From Octopus bimaculoides (taxonomy: Eukaryota): 49,115 nucleotides of DNA. A model generated the notes under the pieces. That model did not search any database. It had not been told where the DNA came from and saw nothing but the letters and a program-made list of their open reading frames with translations. The stretch covers positions 54,499,554 through 54,548,668 of the forward strand of contig NC_068981.1 in NCBI RefSeq assembly GCF_001194135.2, written 5' to 3'. The stretch's first letter is position 1, and every line of letters begins with the position of its first letter. This document shows positions 1 through 11,123 of the stretch, piece after piece. Both the position numbers and the translations under genes were made by a program.

Positions 1-432
1 TTTCGATCTCACTTGCCTCAACAGGTCTTCGCAAGCGGAGTTTAGTGTCCGATGGAGGAAAGGTACGCATAAGTGGGCTGGCTACACCCCTGGTAGAGGC
101 CTTGGATTTAGGTCTCACTAAGCTTGCCAGGTCTTCTCATGCACAACATATTTCCAAAGGTCTCGGTCAGAAGTCATCGCCTCGATGAGGCCCAATGTTC
201 GAAGGTCATGCCTCACCACCTCATCCCAGGTCTTCCTGGGCCTACCTCTTCCACAGGTTCCCTCAACTGCTAGGGTGTGGCACTTTTTCATACAGCTATC
301 CTCATCCATTCTCGCCACGTGACCATACCAGTGCAATCGTCTCTCTTGCACACCACAACTGATGCTTCTTAGGTTCAACTTTTCTCTCAAGGTACTTACA
401 CTCTGTCTAGTATGCACACTGACATTACACAT
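1..432 (-). mobile_element. RTE-clade LINE, ORF C-terminus and start of 3' UTR
   Basis: ORF 118-432: RRL-WYGHV-RM...EG-GRGRPRKTW-EVV-DL, the typical RTE C-terminus. Confidence 0.88.
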
Positions 433-769
433 CCATCATAATATATATGTTATATATACCCTGCTGGTAATTTTGGTTATATCCTTTAAGTATTATTTCG
501 TGACGTGCAAACTGATACCATGAGTTTACTTTCAGATATACTCATTAGATCATTTTTTGTATTATATCTCAAATTGAATACCCACATATCGATTGATCCC
601 CCAAAATTGAGTTAATATTGACTTTTAACAGATACTTTGTGTATTTATAGATAACTATATAATTATATGATAAATAAGACTCCAAGGCATGAAATGTAGA
701 TGCATATAATGCTGAAGGGTAGTACGTGATTGATTTGGAAATTTGGTTTCCCAAATTATTTAAATTATA

Positions 770-1090
770 TCATCATCATTATCATTATCATCGTTTAACG
801 TCTGCTTTCCATGCTGGCATGGGTTGGATGATTTGACTGAGGACTGGCGAATCAGATGGCTGCATCAGGCTCCAATCTGATCAGGCAGAATTTCTACAGC
901 TGGACGCCCTTCCTAACGCCAACCACTCCGAGAGTGTAGGGGGTGTTTTACATGCCCCCGGCACGAGGGCTAGTGAGGTGGTACTGGCAATGGCCACACT
1001 CAAATGGTGTTTTTTATGTGCCACTTGCACAAGAGCCACCAGCAAAAGTGCTAGTAAGGCGGCGCTGGTAACGATCACGCTCCAAGGTGG
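770..1090 (-). mobile_element. RTE 3' UTR fragment (5'-truncated copy or RTE-tailed SINE) with (GAT)n tail
   Basis: CATCAT..CGTTTAACGTC..TTTCCATGCTGGCATGGGTTGG..GCCCTTCCTAACGCCAACC block recurring over 10 times in the window; elsewhere contiguous with RTE ORF ends. Confidence 0.8.
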
Positions 1091-1209
1091 AACATTGCTA
1101 TTGAGAGAAACGGTGACTATGTTGAGAAGTAGGGATGTGATCCACAGAGGACCACCTTCATTCTGATGTATGATACATGTTCCTGTGTTAGTAATTATAC
1201 CTGTCTTAA

Positions 1210-1246
<37 letters not shown>

Positions 1247-1533
1247 NNNNNNNNNNNNNNNNNNNNNNNNNNNNNNNNNNNNNNNNNNNNNNNNNNNNNN
1301 NNNNNNNNNNNNNNNNNNNNNNNNNNNNNNNNNNNNNNNNNNNNNNNNNNNNNNNNNNNNNNNNNNNNNNNNNNNNNNNNNNNNNNNNNNNNNNNNNNNN
1401 NNNNNNNNNNNNNNNNNNNNNNNNNNNNNNNNNNNNNNNNNNNNNNNNNNNNNNNNNNNNNNNNNNNNNNNNNNNNNNNNNNNNNNNNNNNNNNNNNNNN
1501 NNNNNNNNNNNNNNNNNNNNNNNNNNNNNNNNN
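1247..1533. other. Assembly gap (others at 3364-3631, 5262-5371, 10845-10854)
   Basis: N runs flanked by microsatellites or duplicated sequence. Confidence 0.99.
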
Positions 1534-1599
1534 ATATATATATATATATATATATATACATACATATATATATGTGTGTGTGTGTGTGAGTGAGTGTAT

Positions 1600-2030
1600 C
1601 TCTGTGTATATGTGTGTGTGTGTCTGTTTGTCTCCCCCCAGCATCACTTGACAACCGATGTGGGTGTGTTTACATCCCCATAACTTAGCGGTTTAGCAAA
1701 AGATGCTGATAGAATAAGTACGAGTCTTACAAAGAATAAGTTCTGGGTTTAATTTGCTTGACTAAAAGGCGGTGCTCCAGCATGGTCACAGCTAAATGAT
1801 TGAAACAAGTAAATGAATATATATGTCATATATATATATATATGTTATACATGGTAAGAAGCTGGCTTCCCAACCTCATGGTTCTGGGTTCAATCCCACT
1901 GCATGGCACCTTGGGCAAGTGTCTTCTACTATATCCTCAAGCTAACCAAATCCGTGTGAGTGGATTTGGTAGATAGCAATTGAAAGCCCATCGTATATAT
2001 ATGTTTATATCTATGTGTGTGTGTGTTAGT
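1600..2030 (+). mobile_element. tRNA-headed SINE fragments (3' half, then 5' half of another copy)
   Basis: Match the two halves of the copy at 5626-6010. Confidence 0.7.
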
Positions 2031-2035
2031 ATGTG

Positions 2036-2330
2036 TGGCTGGCCTTCGTGGCTGGCTCTTGTGCGGGTGGCACATAAAATACACCATTTTGAGTGTGGCC
2101 GATGCCAGTACCGCCTGACTGGCCTTCGTGCGGGTGACATGTAAAAGCACCCACTACACTCTCTGAGTGGTTGGCGTTAGGAAGGGCATCCAGCTGTAGA
2201 AACTCTGCCAAATCAGATTGGAGCCTGGTGTAGCCATCTGGTTTCACCAGTCCTCAGTTAAATCGTCCAACCCATGCTAGCATGGAAAGCGGACGTTAAA
2301 CGATGATGATGATGATGATGATGATGATGA
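2036..2330 (+). mobile_element. RTE 3' UTR fragment ending in (GAT)n
   Basis: GGTTGGCGTTAGGAAGGGCATCCAGC...GCATGGAAAGCGGACGTTAAACGATGATG. Confidence 0.82.
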
Positions 2331-2539
2331 TATATATATATATATATACACCTTTTCAATATTAGAATTTTCATGGATAACTCTAAGCTTCTGAAGGTCA
2401 TTGACAGGGAAAGAGACTGAACTAATCTTTAAATGAATCTGCTTGCTGTTATCCAATGGGTGGAAAACACAATATTCAACTAAATGCGAATAAATGTGAA
2501 TTAATCCACTTCAGTAAAGAGGCTGTACTTAAGCTACCA

Positions 2540-2960
2540 TACACTCTTCTCTCAGGTGAAAACCTCATGGCATCAAAAACCAGTAACTGTAGATAACAAC
2601 TTAAGCTCAAATGCCCACATGAACAACAAAGTTGATATGGCCCGCAAAGTGTCCTCCTGGATCTTCAGGCCTTTTTGGTCTAGAGACGCTCCTACCATTA
2701 TCCTTCTTTTCTCCACCTTCACCTATTCTCATCTTGAATACTGTTGTCTGCTGCAGTCTCACTACATAAAGCAAAATATAAAAACTGAAGCGCCTCAGAG
2801 ATCAATTACAGAAAAAGCCGATCACATGATCAGTCTTGATTATTGGGATTGTCACAAAAAATTCAAACTTTATTCCCTCCAATGCGGCCATGAGTGCTAT
2901 ATCATTTGTATGATGTGGAAAATATTCCAACAGCATTGCCCAAATGATGTTGGCATCAGC
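2540..2960 (+). mobile_element. Decayed CR1-like LINE reverse transcriptase C-terminal region
   Basis: ORF 2556-3059: VD-NLS-AH..F-SRD...HLEYC..QRSIT..LDYWD..KLYSLQ..ECYII-MWKI resembles the CR1/L2 RT thumb (RP-LEY, L-Y-RL-L-LYSL-RR-R-D-I-KI). Confidence 0.72.
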
Positions 2961-3240
2961 TTTGAAATTCCAGTGCCATGTAAAATGCATGAGTGCTGGT
3001 GCTGCATAAATGCATTCATGCTGATGCCATGTAGATGCACCTGTGCCAGTAGCATGTAAAAAGCACCCGGCATATTCTGTAAAGTGGTTGGCATTAGGAA
3101 GGGCATCCAGCCGTAGAAGCCATACCAAAACAGTCAACTGGAGTCTGGATAGCTCACTGACTGGCCAACTCCTGTCAAACCATCCAACCCATGCCAGCAT
3201 GGAAAATGGACAGTAAACAATGAAGATGATGATGATGATG
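2960..3240 (+). mobile_element. RTE 3' UTR fragment, near-identical to 5015-5448
   Basis: Direct sequence comparison; (GAT)n tail. Confidence 0.75.
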
Positions 3241-3631
3241 ATATATATATATATAAACATCTATATATATCTTTATATCTATACATATCTATATCTATCT
3301 ATATATATATATATATACATACACACATTTATATATATACTGTATATATATATATATATATATNNNNNNNNNNNNNNNNNNNNNNNNNNNNNNNNNNNNN
3401 NNNNNNNNNNNNNNNNNNNNNNNNNNNNNNNNNNNNNNNNNNNNNNNNNNNNNNNNNNNNNNNNNNNNNNNNNNNNNNNNNNNNNNNNNNNNNNNNNNNN
3501 NNNNNNNNNNNNNNNNNNNNNNNNNNNNNNNNNNNNNNNNNNNNNNNNNNNNNNNNNNNNNNNNNNNNNNNNNNNNNNNNNNNNNNNNNNNNNNNNNNNN
3601 NNNNNNNNNNNNNNNNNNNNNNNNNNNNNNN

Positions 3632-3875
3632 TAAATGCTAGAAATAGATGCCGAATCATCTAACCACGAATAAAATGTTCTCAGTAGAAAATTTAGCGAC
3701 ACAACAGACTGTAAACGAGCAAGACAAATGAAAAAAATACTAAATTAAAAAACGTTTTTTAATTTAGTATTTTTTTCATTTGTCTTGCTCGTTTACAGTC
3801 TGTTGTGTCGCTAAATTTTCTACTGAGAACATTTTTTTCGTGGTTAGATGATTCAGCATCTATTTCTAGCATTTA
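3632..3875. repeat. 244-bp palindrome with no spacer
   Basis: 122-bp arms centred on C3753/G3754, two mismatches; left arm abuts the gap. Confidence 0.92.
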
Positions 3876-3990
3876 GGAATCCACATTTGCTGGTCATTCC
3901 TCTTATTTTTGTATGTACATCAATATATATATATATATACATACACACATTTATATATATACTGTATATATATATATATATATATATATA

Positions 3991-4440
3991 TCATCATTAT
4001 CATCATCATCATCATTGTTTAACGTCCACTTTTCATGCTGGCACGGGTTAGACAGTTTGACTGAGGACTGGCAAGCCAGATGGGTGCACTAGGCTCCAAT
4101 CTGATCTGGCAGAATTTCTGCAGCCGGATGCCCTTCCTAATGCCAACCACTATGAGATTGTATTAGGTGCTTTTACATGCCAGCAGCACGATGACCAGAT
4201 AGGCAGTACTGGCAATGGCCATGCACAAATGTTTTTCATGTGCCACTTGCACAGGAGCCAGTCCTGTGGCACTGGCACTGACCTCACTTGAATGTTGTCT
4301 TTCACATTTCACTGGCACAAGTACCAGTAAGGTGACGCTGGTAATGATCACAATCGAATGATGCTTTTTACTTGCTCCCAGCACGTGAGCCAGTCAGGTG
4401 CCCTGGCAACGATCATGCTCGGATGATTCTCTTAGCGCTC
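3991..4440 (-). mobile_element. RTE 3' UTR fragment with degenerate ~60-bp tandem units
   Basis: Same family as 770-1090. Confidence 0.75.
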
Positions 4441-4499
4441 CACTATGTATGTATGTATGTATGTATGTATGTATGTATATATATATACATATGTCTATT

Positions 4500-5448
4500 A
4501 AATATCAAGGCAGATTGTATGATGCCTGTGTAGATACACCTATGTTGCATGGCAGTGAAACATGAGCTCCAACTACAGAAAACTTGCGAAGGCTTGAAAG
4601 AAATGAAGCTAGTATGCTCCACTGGAGATGGGTAATGTCAGTGTGCATGCATGAAAGAGTGTAAATGATTTAAGAAAAAAATGGCATCAGATGTGTGCAA
4701 GAGAGAAGATTGTGCTGGTTTGGTGATGTGATGCATATGGATGCGGACAGCTACTTAAAGAAGTGCTGATCTCTAATTGTGGAGGGAATCTGTGGAAGGG
4801 ATATACCCAGGAAGATGTAGGATGAAGTAGTGAAAAATGATCTTTAGATGCTAGGCCTCTCTGAGGAAATGACATAAGACTGGGAGTTGTGGTGATTTGC
4901 TGTACTCAAGGAGACACATCAAGCTAAGTAAATTTGTAGTCATCCATACATACAGGCATGTCCTTTGCAAATGCTGGTGTCACATAAAATGCACCCATGC
5001 ATTTTTACAGGGCCAATTCCAGTGCCATGTAAAATGCATGAGTGCTGGTGCTGCATAAATGCATTCATGCTGATGCCATGTAGATGCACCTGTGCCAGTA
5101 GCATGTAAAAAGCACCCAGCACATTCTGTAAAGTGGTTGGCATTAGGAAGGGCATCCAGCCATAGAAACCATACCAAAACAGTTAACTGGGGTCTGGATA
5201 GCTCACTGACTGGCCAACTCTTGTCAAACCATCCAACCCATGCCAGCATGGAAAACAGACANNNNNNNNNNNNNNNNNNNNNNNNNNNNNNNNNNNNNNN
5301 NNNNNNNNNNNNNNNNNNNNNNNNNNNNNNNNNNNNNNNNNNNNNNNNNNNNNNNNNNNNNNNNNNNNNNNACTGGCCAACTCTTGTCAAACCATCCAAC
5401 CCATGCCAGCATGGAAAACAGACAGTAAACAATGAAGATGATGATGAT
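4500..5448 (+). mobile_element. Decayed RTE LINE 3' end (ORF C-terminus contiguous with 3' UTR and (GAT)n tail)
   Basis: GRLYDACV..LHGSETW-like start, GRG-PRK-DEVV-DL remnant, then UTR block; interrupted by gap 5262-5371. Confidence 0.8.
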
Positions 5449-5625
5449 ATATATATATATACATATACTTATTTTATTTGTACCATTTAGAAAATTTAGT
5501 GTCTTGCACATCTTTTATCCCACTCTACTTTTAAATATCTTTATCTAACTATATAAAGGCAATTATGTGAATAAATAAATTAAATATAACAGCTTAGGTT
5601 AGATATACAAAATGTATATATATGT

Positions 5626-6010
5626 GCAGGTGTGGCTGTGTGGTAAGAAACTTGCTTCCCAACCACATGGTTCTGGGTTTAGTCCCACTGTGTCGCACCT
5701 TGGGCAAGTGTCTTCTACTATAGCCACAGGCTGGCCAAAGCCTTGTAAATGGATTTGGTAGACGGAAACTGAAAGAAGCCCATTGTATATATATATATAT
5801 GTTCGTGTTTGTGTTTGTTCCCCCACCGCTACTTGACAACTGATGTTGGTGTGTTTACGTCTTTGTAACTTAGCGGCTCAGCATAGGAGACTGATAGAAT
5901 AAGTACTAGGCTTACAAAGAATAAGTCCTGGGGTTGATTTGTTTGACTAAAGGCAGTGTTCCAACATGGGCACAGTCAAATGACTGAAACGAATGAAAGA
6001 ATAAAAGAAT
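5626..6010 (+). mobile_element. Full-length tRNA-derived SINE (CORE-like CACCTTGGGCAAG segment, internal TA/TG microsatellite)
   Basis: A-box-like TGGCTGTGTGG, B-box-like GGGTTTAGTCCC, AAAGAAT repeat tail; several copies in the window. Confidence 0.75.
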
Positions 6011-6014
6011 ATTT

Positions 6015-6618
6015 ATACATGCAAAAAGAAAGAAAGCAAAGACTGAAGATTTTCAGGCGATGAAGTTTAAGTGTATAGATATTTATATTAATAAATCAAA
6101 CTTACACAGAGTACAAATGATAGAGAAAATTATAGAAAAAGAGGTAAGGTGTTTTAAGTCCAGCAGCTGTTTTGTGGGCTCAGAGTTCTATCATGTTGGT
6201 AGATGTAGTTCACCATAATATGCAGGCTATAATGGAAGCAAATAAACATTGGATAAATTGAGCCTCCGTCATCAGGGTAGAAAAAAATCTTACATTTTAG
6301 ATCTTATATTCCACCTCTAAAATTCTCTGCATCATGATTTTTTTCTACCTGGGGACGGAGGCTTGATTTATCCAATACTTTTTCGCTTCCATTACAGCCT
6401 GTATATTGGGTTGAACTACATCTACCAACATTATGATGGCTCTCTGAGCCCCCAGAAACAGCTGTTGACTTATAACACTTTGCCTCTTCCCCTTTAATTT
6501 TCTCTGTTGTTTGTACTGTGTGAATTTGATCTATTAATATAAATATCTATATATTTATACTTAAATATTCATCGTCTGAAAGTTATCAATCTTTGCTTTC
6601 TTTCTGTTTGCATGTATA
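6015..6618. repeat. Imperfect fold-back element (about 275-bp arms, about 45-bp spacer), possibly an inverted Penelope pLTR remnant
   Basis: Arms align from TACATGCAAA..AAGAAAGCAAAG to CTTTGCTTTCTT..TTTGCATGTA; hammerhead-like GAAACAGCTGT motif in the arms. Confidence 0.8.
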
Positions 6619-6855
6619 TATATATATCTATATATAACCCAAGCTGTTATATTTAATTTGTTTATCTGCATAATTACTTCTATATCTGCTCACCTTGATT
6701 CCTCTTATCGCCACTCTTTACTCCTTGAAATTGGGCATCAGAGTTCAATTTCGAATCATTTGAGCGCCATTAAGTATTTTCTTTATTGAGAATCTCTGGA
6801 TCTCATCTGTTGACTATATCTAACTATATATAAATATATGTGTGTATTGTGTAAT

Positions 6856-6864
<9 letters not shown>

Positions 6865-6906
<42 letters not shown>
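6865..6906. repeat. (TG)n microsatellite
   Basis: Direct read. Confidence 0.95.
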
Positions 6907-6908
<2 letters not shown>

Positions 6909-8039
6909 CTTTGTATGTACATCGTCTATCTGTAACATACATTCATGAATAAGTTCTGTTGGCAAATCTAAAAAAAGTAATTATTGTTATTACGTTAAAA
7001 TATTAAGTTTGTTTTTGAAGCGTTGAAATGTATTGTAGAACAAGTAGAAAGATATGCTGGCAAATTTTTCTGTTCTTAAAAGGATTTTATCCTTTATATA
7101 TACTGTTCAGTATTTATGTGTTGAAAAAAAAAATGTTATTAATAGAGTGTTGAGTGGCAGAAAAGGTAGATTGATGGATTAACTTTCTTCCAAATTTCAA
7201 TCACTTGAAAGTTAGCTTTGCTTCTCATTCAATAAGATAAAATAAGTAACTGTCAAGTACTTAATCTAATCAACTGTTCCCTCACCTCAAATTTGTGGTC
7301 TTATGTTTGTATAAAAATCATTATTGTTAAAGGTGCAAGAAGGTAGATGGTAGAATTCATAAAGTATCAGAACAACGCATTTCAGTATTTTGTTGCATCA
7401 TTTTATGTTCTTATACTGGAATGGAGACAAGAAAAATTAGAGAGGTTGCTATGAAAATGGTAGAAAAAAAATAATTGTCAGAGAGAATTTTAAAGTATGC
7501 TGACATCAACTTTGTTTTTTCTGTGAATGGCATCTCTGAATTTTCCAATGCCAACTTTTCATTACAACTTCAGCGAGTATGGTGAAAGCAATACTTTGCA
7601 GACTTCTGAATAAGACTGAAATATGGCCAGAATTATCTCCCATACTTGCTAAACACAAGAAAATTAGTTATTGAATAATATAGTTTTTCTTCCTTGCATA
7701 TTTATTTTGAGGTTCACAGTATTTAATTTGTTGATAACACTAGGAAGAGACCTGTGGTTAAAGGTATTTTGCTTGGCATATCTCTTCTTATTTTTAGACA
7801 TAATGTATTTTGGACAACTTTGTTCAATAAAAGTTAATTTTAAGACATCAAGTTGCAGTTTGACTTAGATTTGGCTGCTATTTCTAGCAGGTTAAAGCTG
7901 CCTATGGGTTTTTATTGGAATGTTGAATTACACATGTATCTCATCTAATAAGTATGAGTGAAACTCTTAGTTTAGCATTAAAAAATTGTATTAATATATG
8001 TAAGGAAGACTTGTGTGATAAACAATGAGAAGGATAAGC

Positions 8040-8700
8040 ATGGATAAATGAATCAGTAGCAGTGTACAGTGAAGAATTCAGGGTATTGATGGCTCTTTCA
8101 TAAGGATTCTGTTCTCAGTTCTTTCTCCTTAATCATTGCTTTTGAGGCAATCTCAGAAATTAACAAACTATAAATCCTTGTTTTCTGACAATATGTTCCT
8201 ACTGTACAATAATCATATCTGACTAATTATTTCTCTTGAAGGTCTTTTTCATAGAGCCAGAACATAGTTTGTAGAAGTTGTCTAGATTCCTTATAGGTGT
8301 GGGGGGGGGGGCTTTCTTGGCAGATGAAGCAAGTATGAAGGGTTATACTTCAGCTTTGTGGGGAGTCAGCTGAAGCATTTTTTAGCTGTAAAGGGAAGGA
8401 GTGGTCCTCAGCATTAAGCTTTAGTTGAGTTATGTATGTAGGTTCAATAAGAAAGTCAGTAATTACAAGATCAAGCACTTATAATGACTTTGAGGGTTAT
8501 AAATGTATGTTGTCAACGACAAAAGAGTGTGAGGTACAAAATTGTTTACTGGATTGCCATTAACCTATTGTGAAAAGTTGAAGAGTGAAAAGTAGTAGCC
8601 TCTTTGTAGAAGTGAGCATTATTGCAAGTAATAGTAAAGATGCTATCAAATATACAAGAGAAAAAGTGGCTGCTGTGTGTGTCTGTGGATAATCAAGCCT
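8040..8700 (+). mobile_element. Highly decayed RTE RT remnant
   Basis: GAATTCAGGGTA...GTTCTCAGTTCTTTCTCCTT resembles the EFRV..HQG-VLSPLL segment at 31550-31610. Confidence 0.45.
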
Positions 8701-9338
8701 TTAGTTACATCAAAATTGATAGATTGGGTTAGAAAACTCAGTTACTGTATATAGTAATATTGACAGCAAACTTCAAATCTAAGATGAAGCCCATATGCAA
8801 GAAATTAAATCAAGAAATTCTTGTACTAGACACAGTCAAAGGTTTTGCTTAAGCCATGTGCAGTGACATTACTTAAAAGGTATGGGACAATTAATGACGT
8901 ACAGAGGAAAGTAAATTGCATGTACATCTTGCTTTACAGAAACTATACAAATAGTTATCAAGAAAAGAAAGAGACTCAAAGTACTGGAGAAATTTATTTT
9001 TGAAGAACGCCTCCTGAAAATGAAAAGTAATGGATAAAATAGAGCAATAGTTCAGTAGTTGGCAAGGTTAGAGAAGTTGCCTTTCTTGAGATTGGGACAT
9101 TTTGCCAGGTTTCTAAAGACGGGAAGATATCTTTATAGAAAATGAAAGATTGAAGTTTGATGAGAAGAGATAGCTCTAGAGCACATTCAGGTCTTGGACA
9201 TGTTAGTTTCAAGTGAGAGTTGGTGTTCTGTTACATAGCACACACAAACACACATATATATATAATGTACTGATCCGTGATAGAAAATTCAACAAAAAAA
9301 GTACTCCATCTGGTGAGAAATAAATATCATTATTTAAT

Positions 9339-9994
9339 GGTCACAATACATGTATTAAAGTGCTACTAATAGTTTCATATATTGAGAGAACTCAAACATA
9401 TTTTCAGGAGCAAACCACATATCATAATGAACTAAAAAATTGAAGAAATTGAAGAAACATGATGATGCTGAGAAGGCAGCATATAGAAAATGCAGACAGT
9501 AAACAAAGAAAGATGAAACTAAAGCATCAAAAAGGTAAAAAGGGCTATCCTCCTTAGGCCTTAAATGATAAGGCAAGTCAGTCAGGAAAAGGTGGAATTT
9601 TCCAATTCTTCAGAATATATTTATACATATGCATGCAACCACTATTCCCTAACTCTCTATTGAACTCCATGTCAGAAATTTTCAGTAGCTACATGCATAA
9701 ATATATTCTGATGAATTGGAAAATTCCACCTATTCCTGACTAACTTGATATCTTTCCAGCCTTATCATTTAAAACCTAAGGAGGATAACACTTTTTACCT
9801 CTTGACACTTTAGTTTCGTTTTCTTTTGTTTACTGTCTGGGTTTTCTATATGCTGCCTTCTCGGCTTCATTGTGTTTCTTCTATTTATTCAACTTTTTTT
9901 TACTTTGTTATATGTGGTTTGCACCTGAAGAACATGTTTGAGTTCTCGAAACACATGAAACTATTAGTAGCATTTTAATACATGTATTGTGACC
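9339..9994. repeat. Imperfect fold-back element (about 300-bp arms, about 55-bp spacer)
   Basis: GGTCACAATACATGTATTAA..TGCTACTAATAGTTTCAT vs ATGAAACTATTAGTAGCA..TTAATACATGTATTGTGACC; inner ends also pair. Confidence 0.85.
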
Positions 9995-10009
9995 TTTAGA
10001 TAATTATAT

Positions 10010-10130
10010 ATCATCATCATCATCATCATCGTTTAACGTCCGCTTTCCATGCTAGCATGGGTTGGACGATTTGACTGAGGACTGGTGAAACCGGATGGCA
10101 ACACCAGGCTCCAGTCTAATTTGGCAGAGT
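10010..10130 (-). mobile_element. Short RTE 3' UTR tail fragment
   Basis: (CAT)n-CGTTTAACGTCCGCTTTCCATGC block. Confidence 0.75.
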
Positions 10131-10209
10131 TATATATATATATATATATTTATTATTTGTATGACATGATCCAACACACGTGTCTTCCCTGCAAGTAAGT
10201 TTTGAACTT

Positions 10210-10800
10210 TATATTTTCTGACGCGACTATCTATCTTTGTATCTTTTTCCCCCCCCGTTCTTCCTTCTGTTACTACTATATCTCTCTCTTCCTCCCTGTC
10301 TTTCGTTGCTCCCCTTTTTTTCTCCCTCTACCACTCTTTCTTCTTATCCCTTGCTGGTCACATGTGTCCAGCCCTACTTCCTTTCTTCCTTGGCTGTCGC
10401 CAAGCACGCATATGAACATACTTCGTCTCGCTTCCTTCCAGTTCGTTGCTTCACAGCGTTCAATATACACATTCTTTCACGTCTGGCCGTTTTCCTGTCT
10501 TGTTTTCTGTCTGTCACTACATTCCTCCATGGTACAAATTAAATTTGTGGTCCGTGGGAGGAGCCATTGTAATGATGCGTCCTGCCCTAACTCTTCGAAA
10601 CGCCAGTGTTAGAATGGTGGCAGCTGATGAAGAAAATATTCTCTATGTGTTTTCTGTACTCTGTTTATTATTTTTTTGTCTACATTTTGTTTGCAACATC
10701 CTGTACCCAGATATGCATCTATATATACAGGTAGATGTAGGTATGTACATACATGTATGTATATATGCATATACTCATTTATTATTTGTATATATATATA
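10210..10800 (+). repeat. Pyrimidine-rich interspersed repeat with Penelope-like CGAAACG / CTGATGAAG motifs
   Basis: CpG-retaining CT-rich tract; CGAAACGCCA at 10596 and CTGATGAAG at 10624. Confidence 0.4.
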
Positions 10801-10988
10801 TGTGTGTGTGTGTGTAAAGGCATAAGGTCTAGTGGTTAGTGTGTNNNNNNNNNNTATTATTTGTATATATATATATGTGTGTGTGTGTGTAAAGGCATAA
10901 GGTCTAGTGGTTAGTGTGTTGCACTCACATTTGCTAGGTCATGGGTTTGATTTCCCAGACAGGGTGACATGTGTTTTTATGCTGTCAT

Positions 10989-11123
10989 AACCAGACTATC
11001 AGATATACATCCCTGTACACAATGTGCTTTGCATCATTTTAGCCTTTGGATGATGTCCTGATCAAAAGGCTAAAATGATGCAAAGCACATTGTGTACAGT
11101 GATGTATATCTGATAGTCTGGTT
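10989..11123. repeat. 135-bp hairpin (59-bp arms, one mismatch)
   Basis: AACCAGACTATCAGATATACATC..GCCTTT / AAAGGC..GATGTATATCTGATAGTCTGGTT. Confidence 0.92.

Noticed and set aside
2955-5460. Near-identical blocks 2955-3360 vs 5015-5460, and 3300-3363 vs 3925-3990
   Set aside because: They lie beside gaps and are most simply uncollapsed haplotypes or misassembly; they cannot be called a real segmental duplication without reads.
881-5511. Many long ORFs in the track spanning X runs and YI/HT/CV repeats
   Set aside because: They are artefacts of N gaps and TA/CA microsatellites, with no coding signal.
9708-9722. CTGATGA-attg-GAAA, mirrored in the left arm
   Set aside because: A 4-nt linker cannot form stem II and there is no stem I/III pairing; the mirror copy simply reflects the fold-back.
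10075-10090. CTGAGGA-ctggt-GAAA in the RTE 3' UTR looks like a hammerhead core
   Set aside because: Stem II cannot pair, there is no NUH after stem III, and other copies read GAAC, GAATC or GCAAG.
10790-10918. About 60-bp direct repeat either side of a 10-N gap (likewise 5207-5261 vs 5372-5428)
   Set aside because: Typical unmerged contig overlap.
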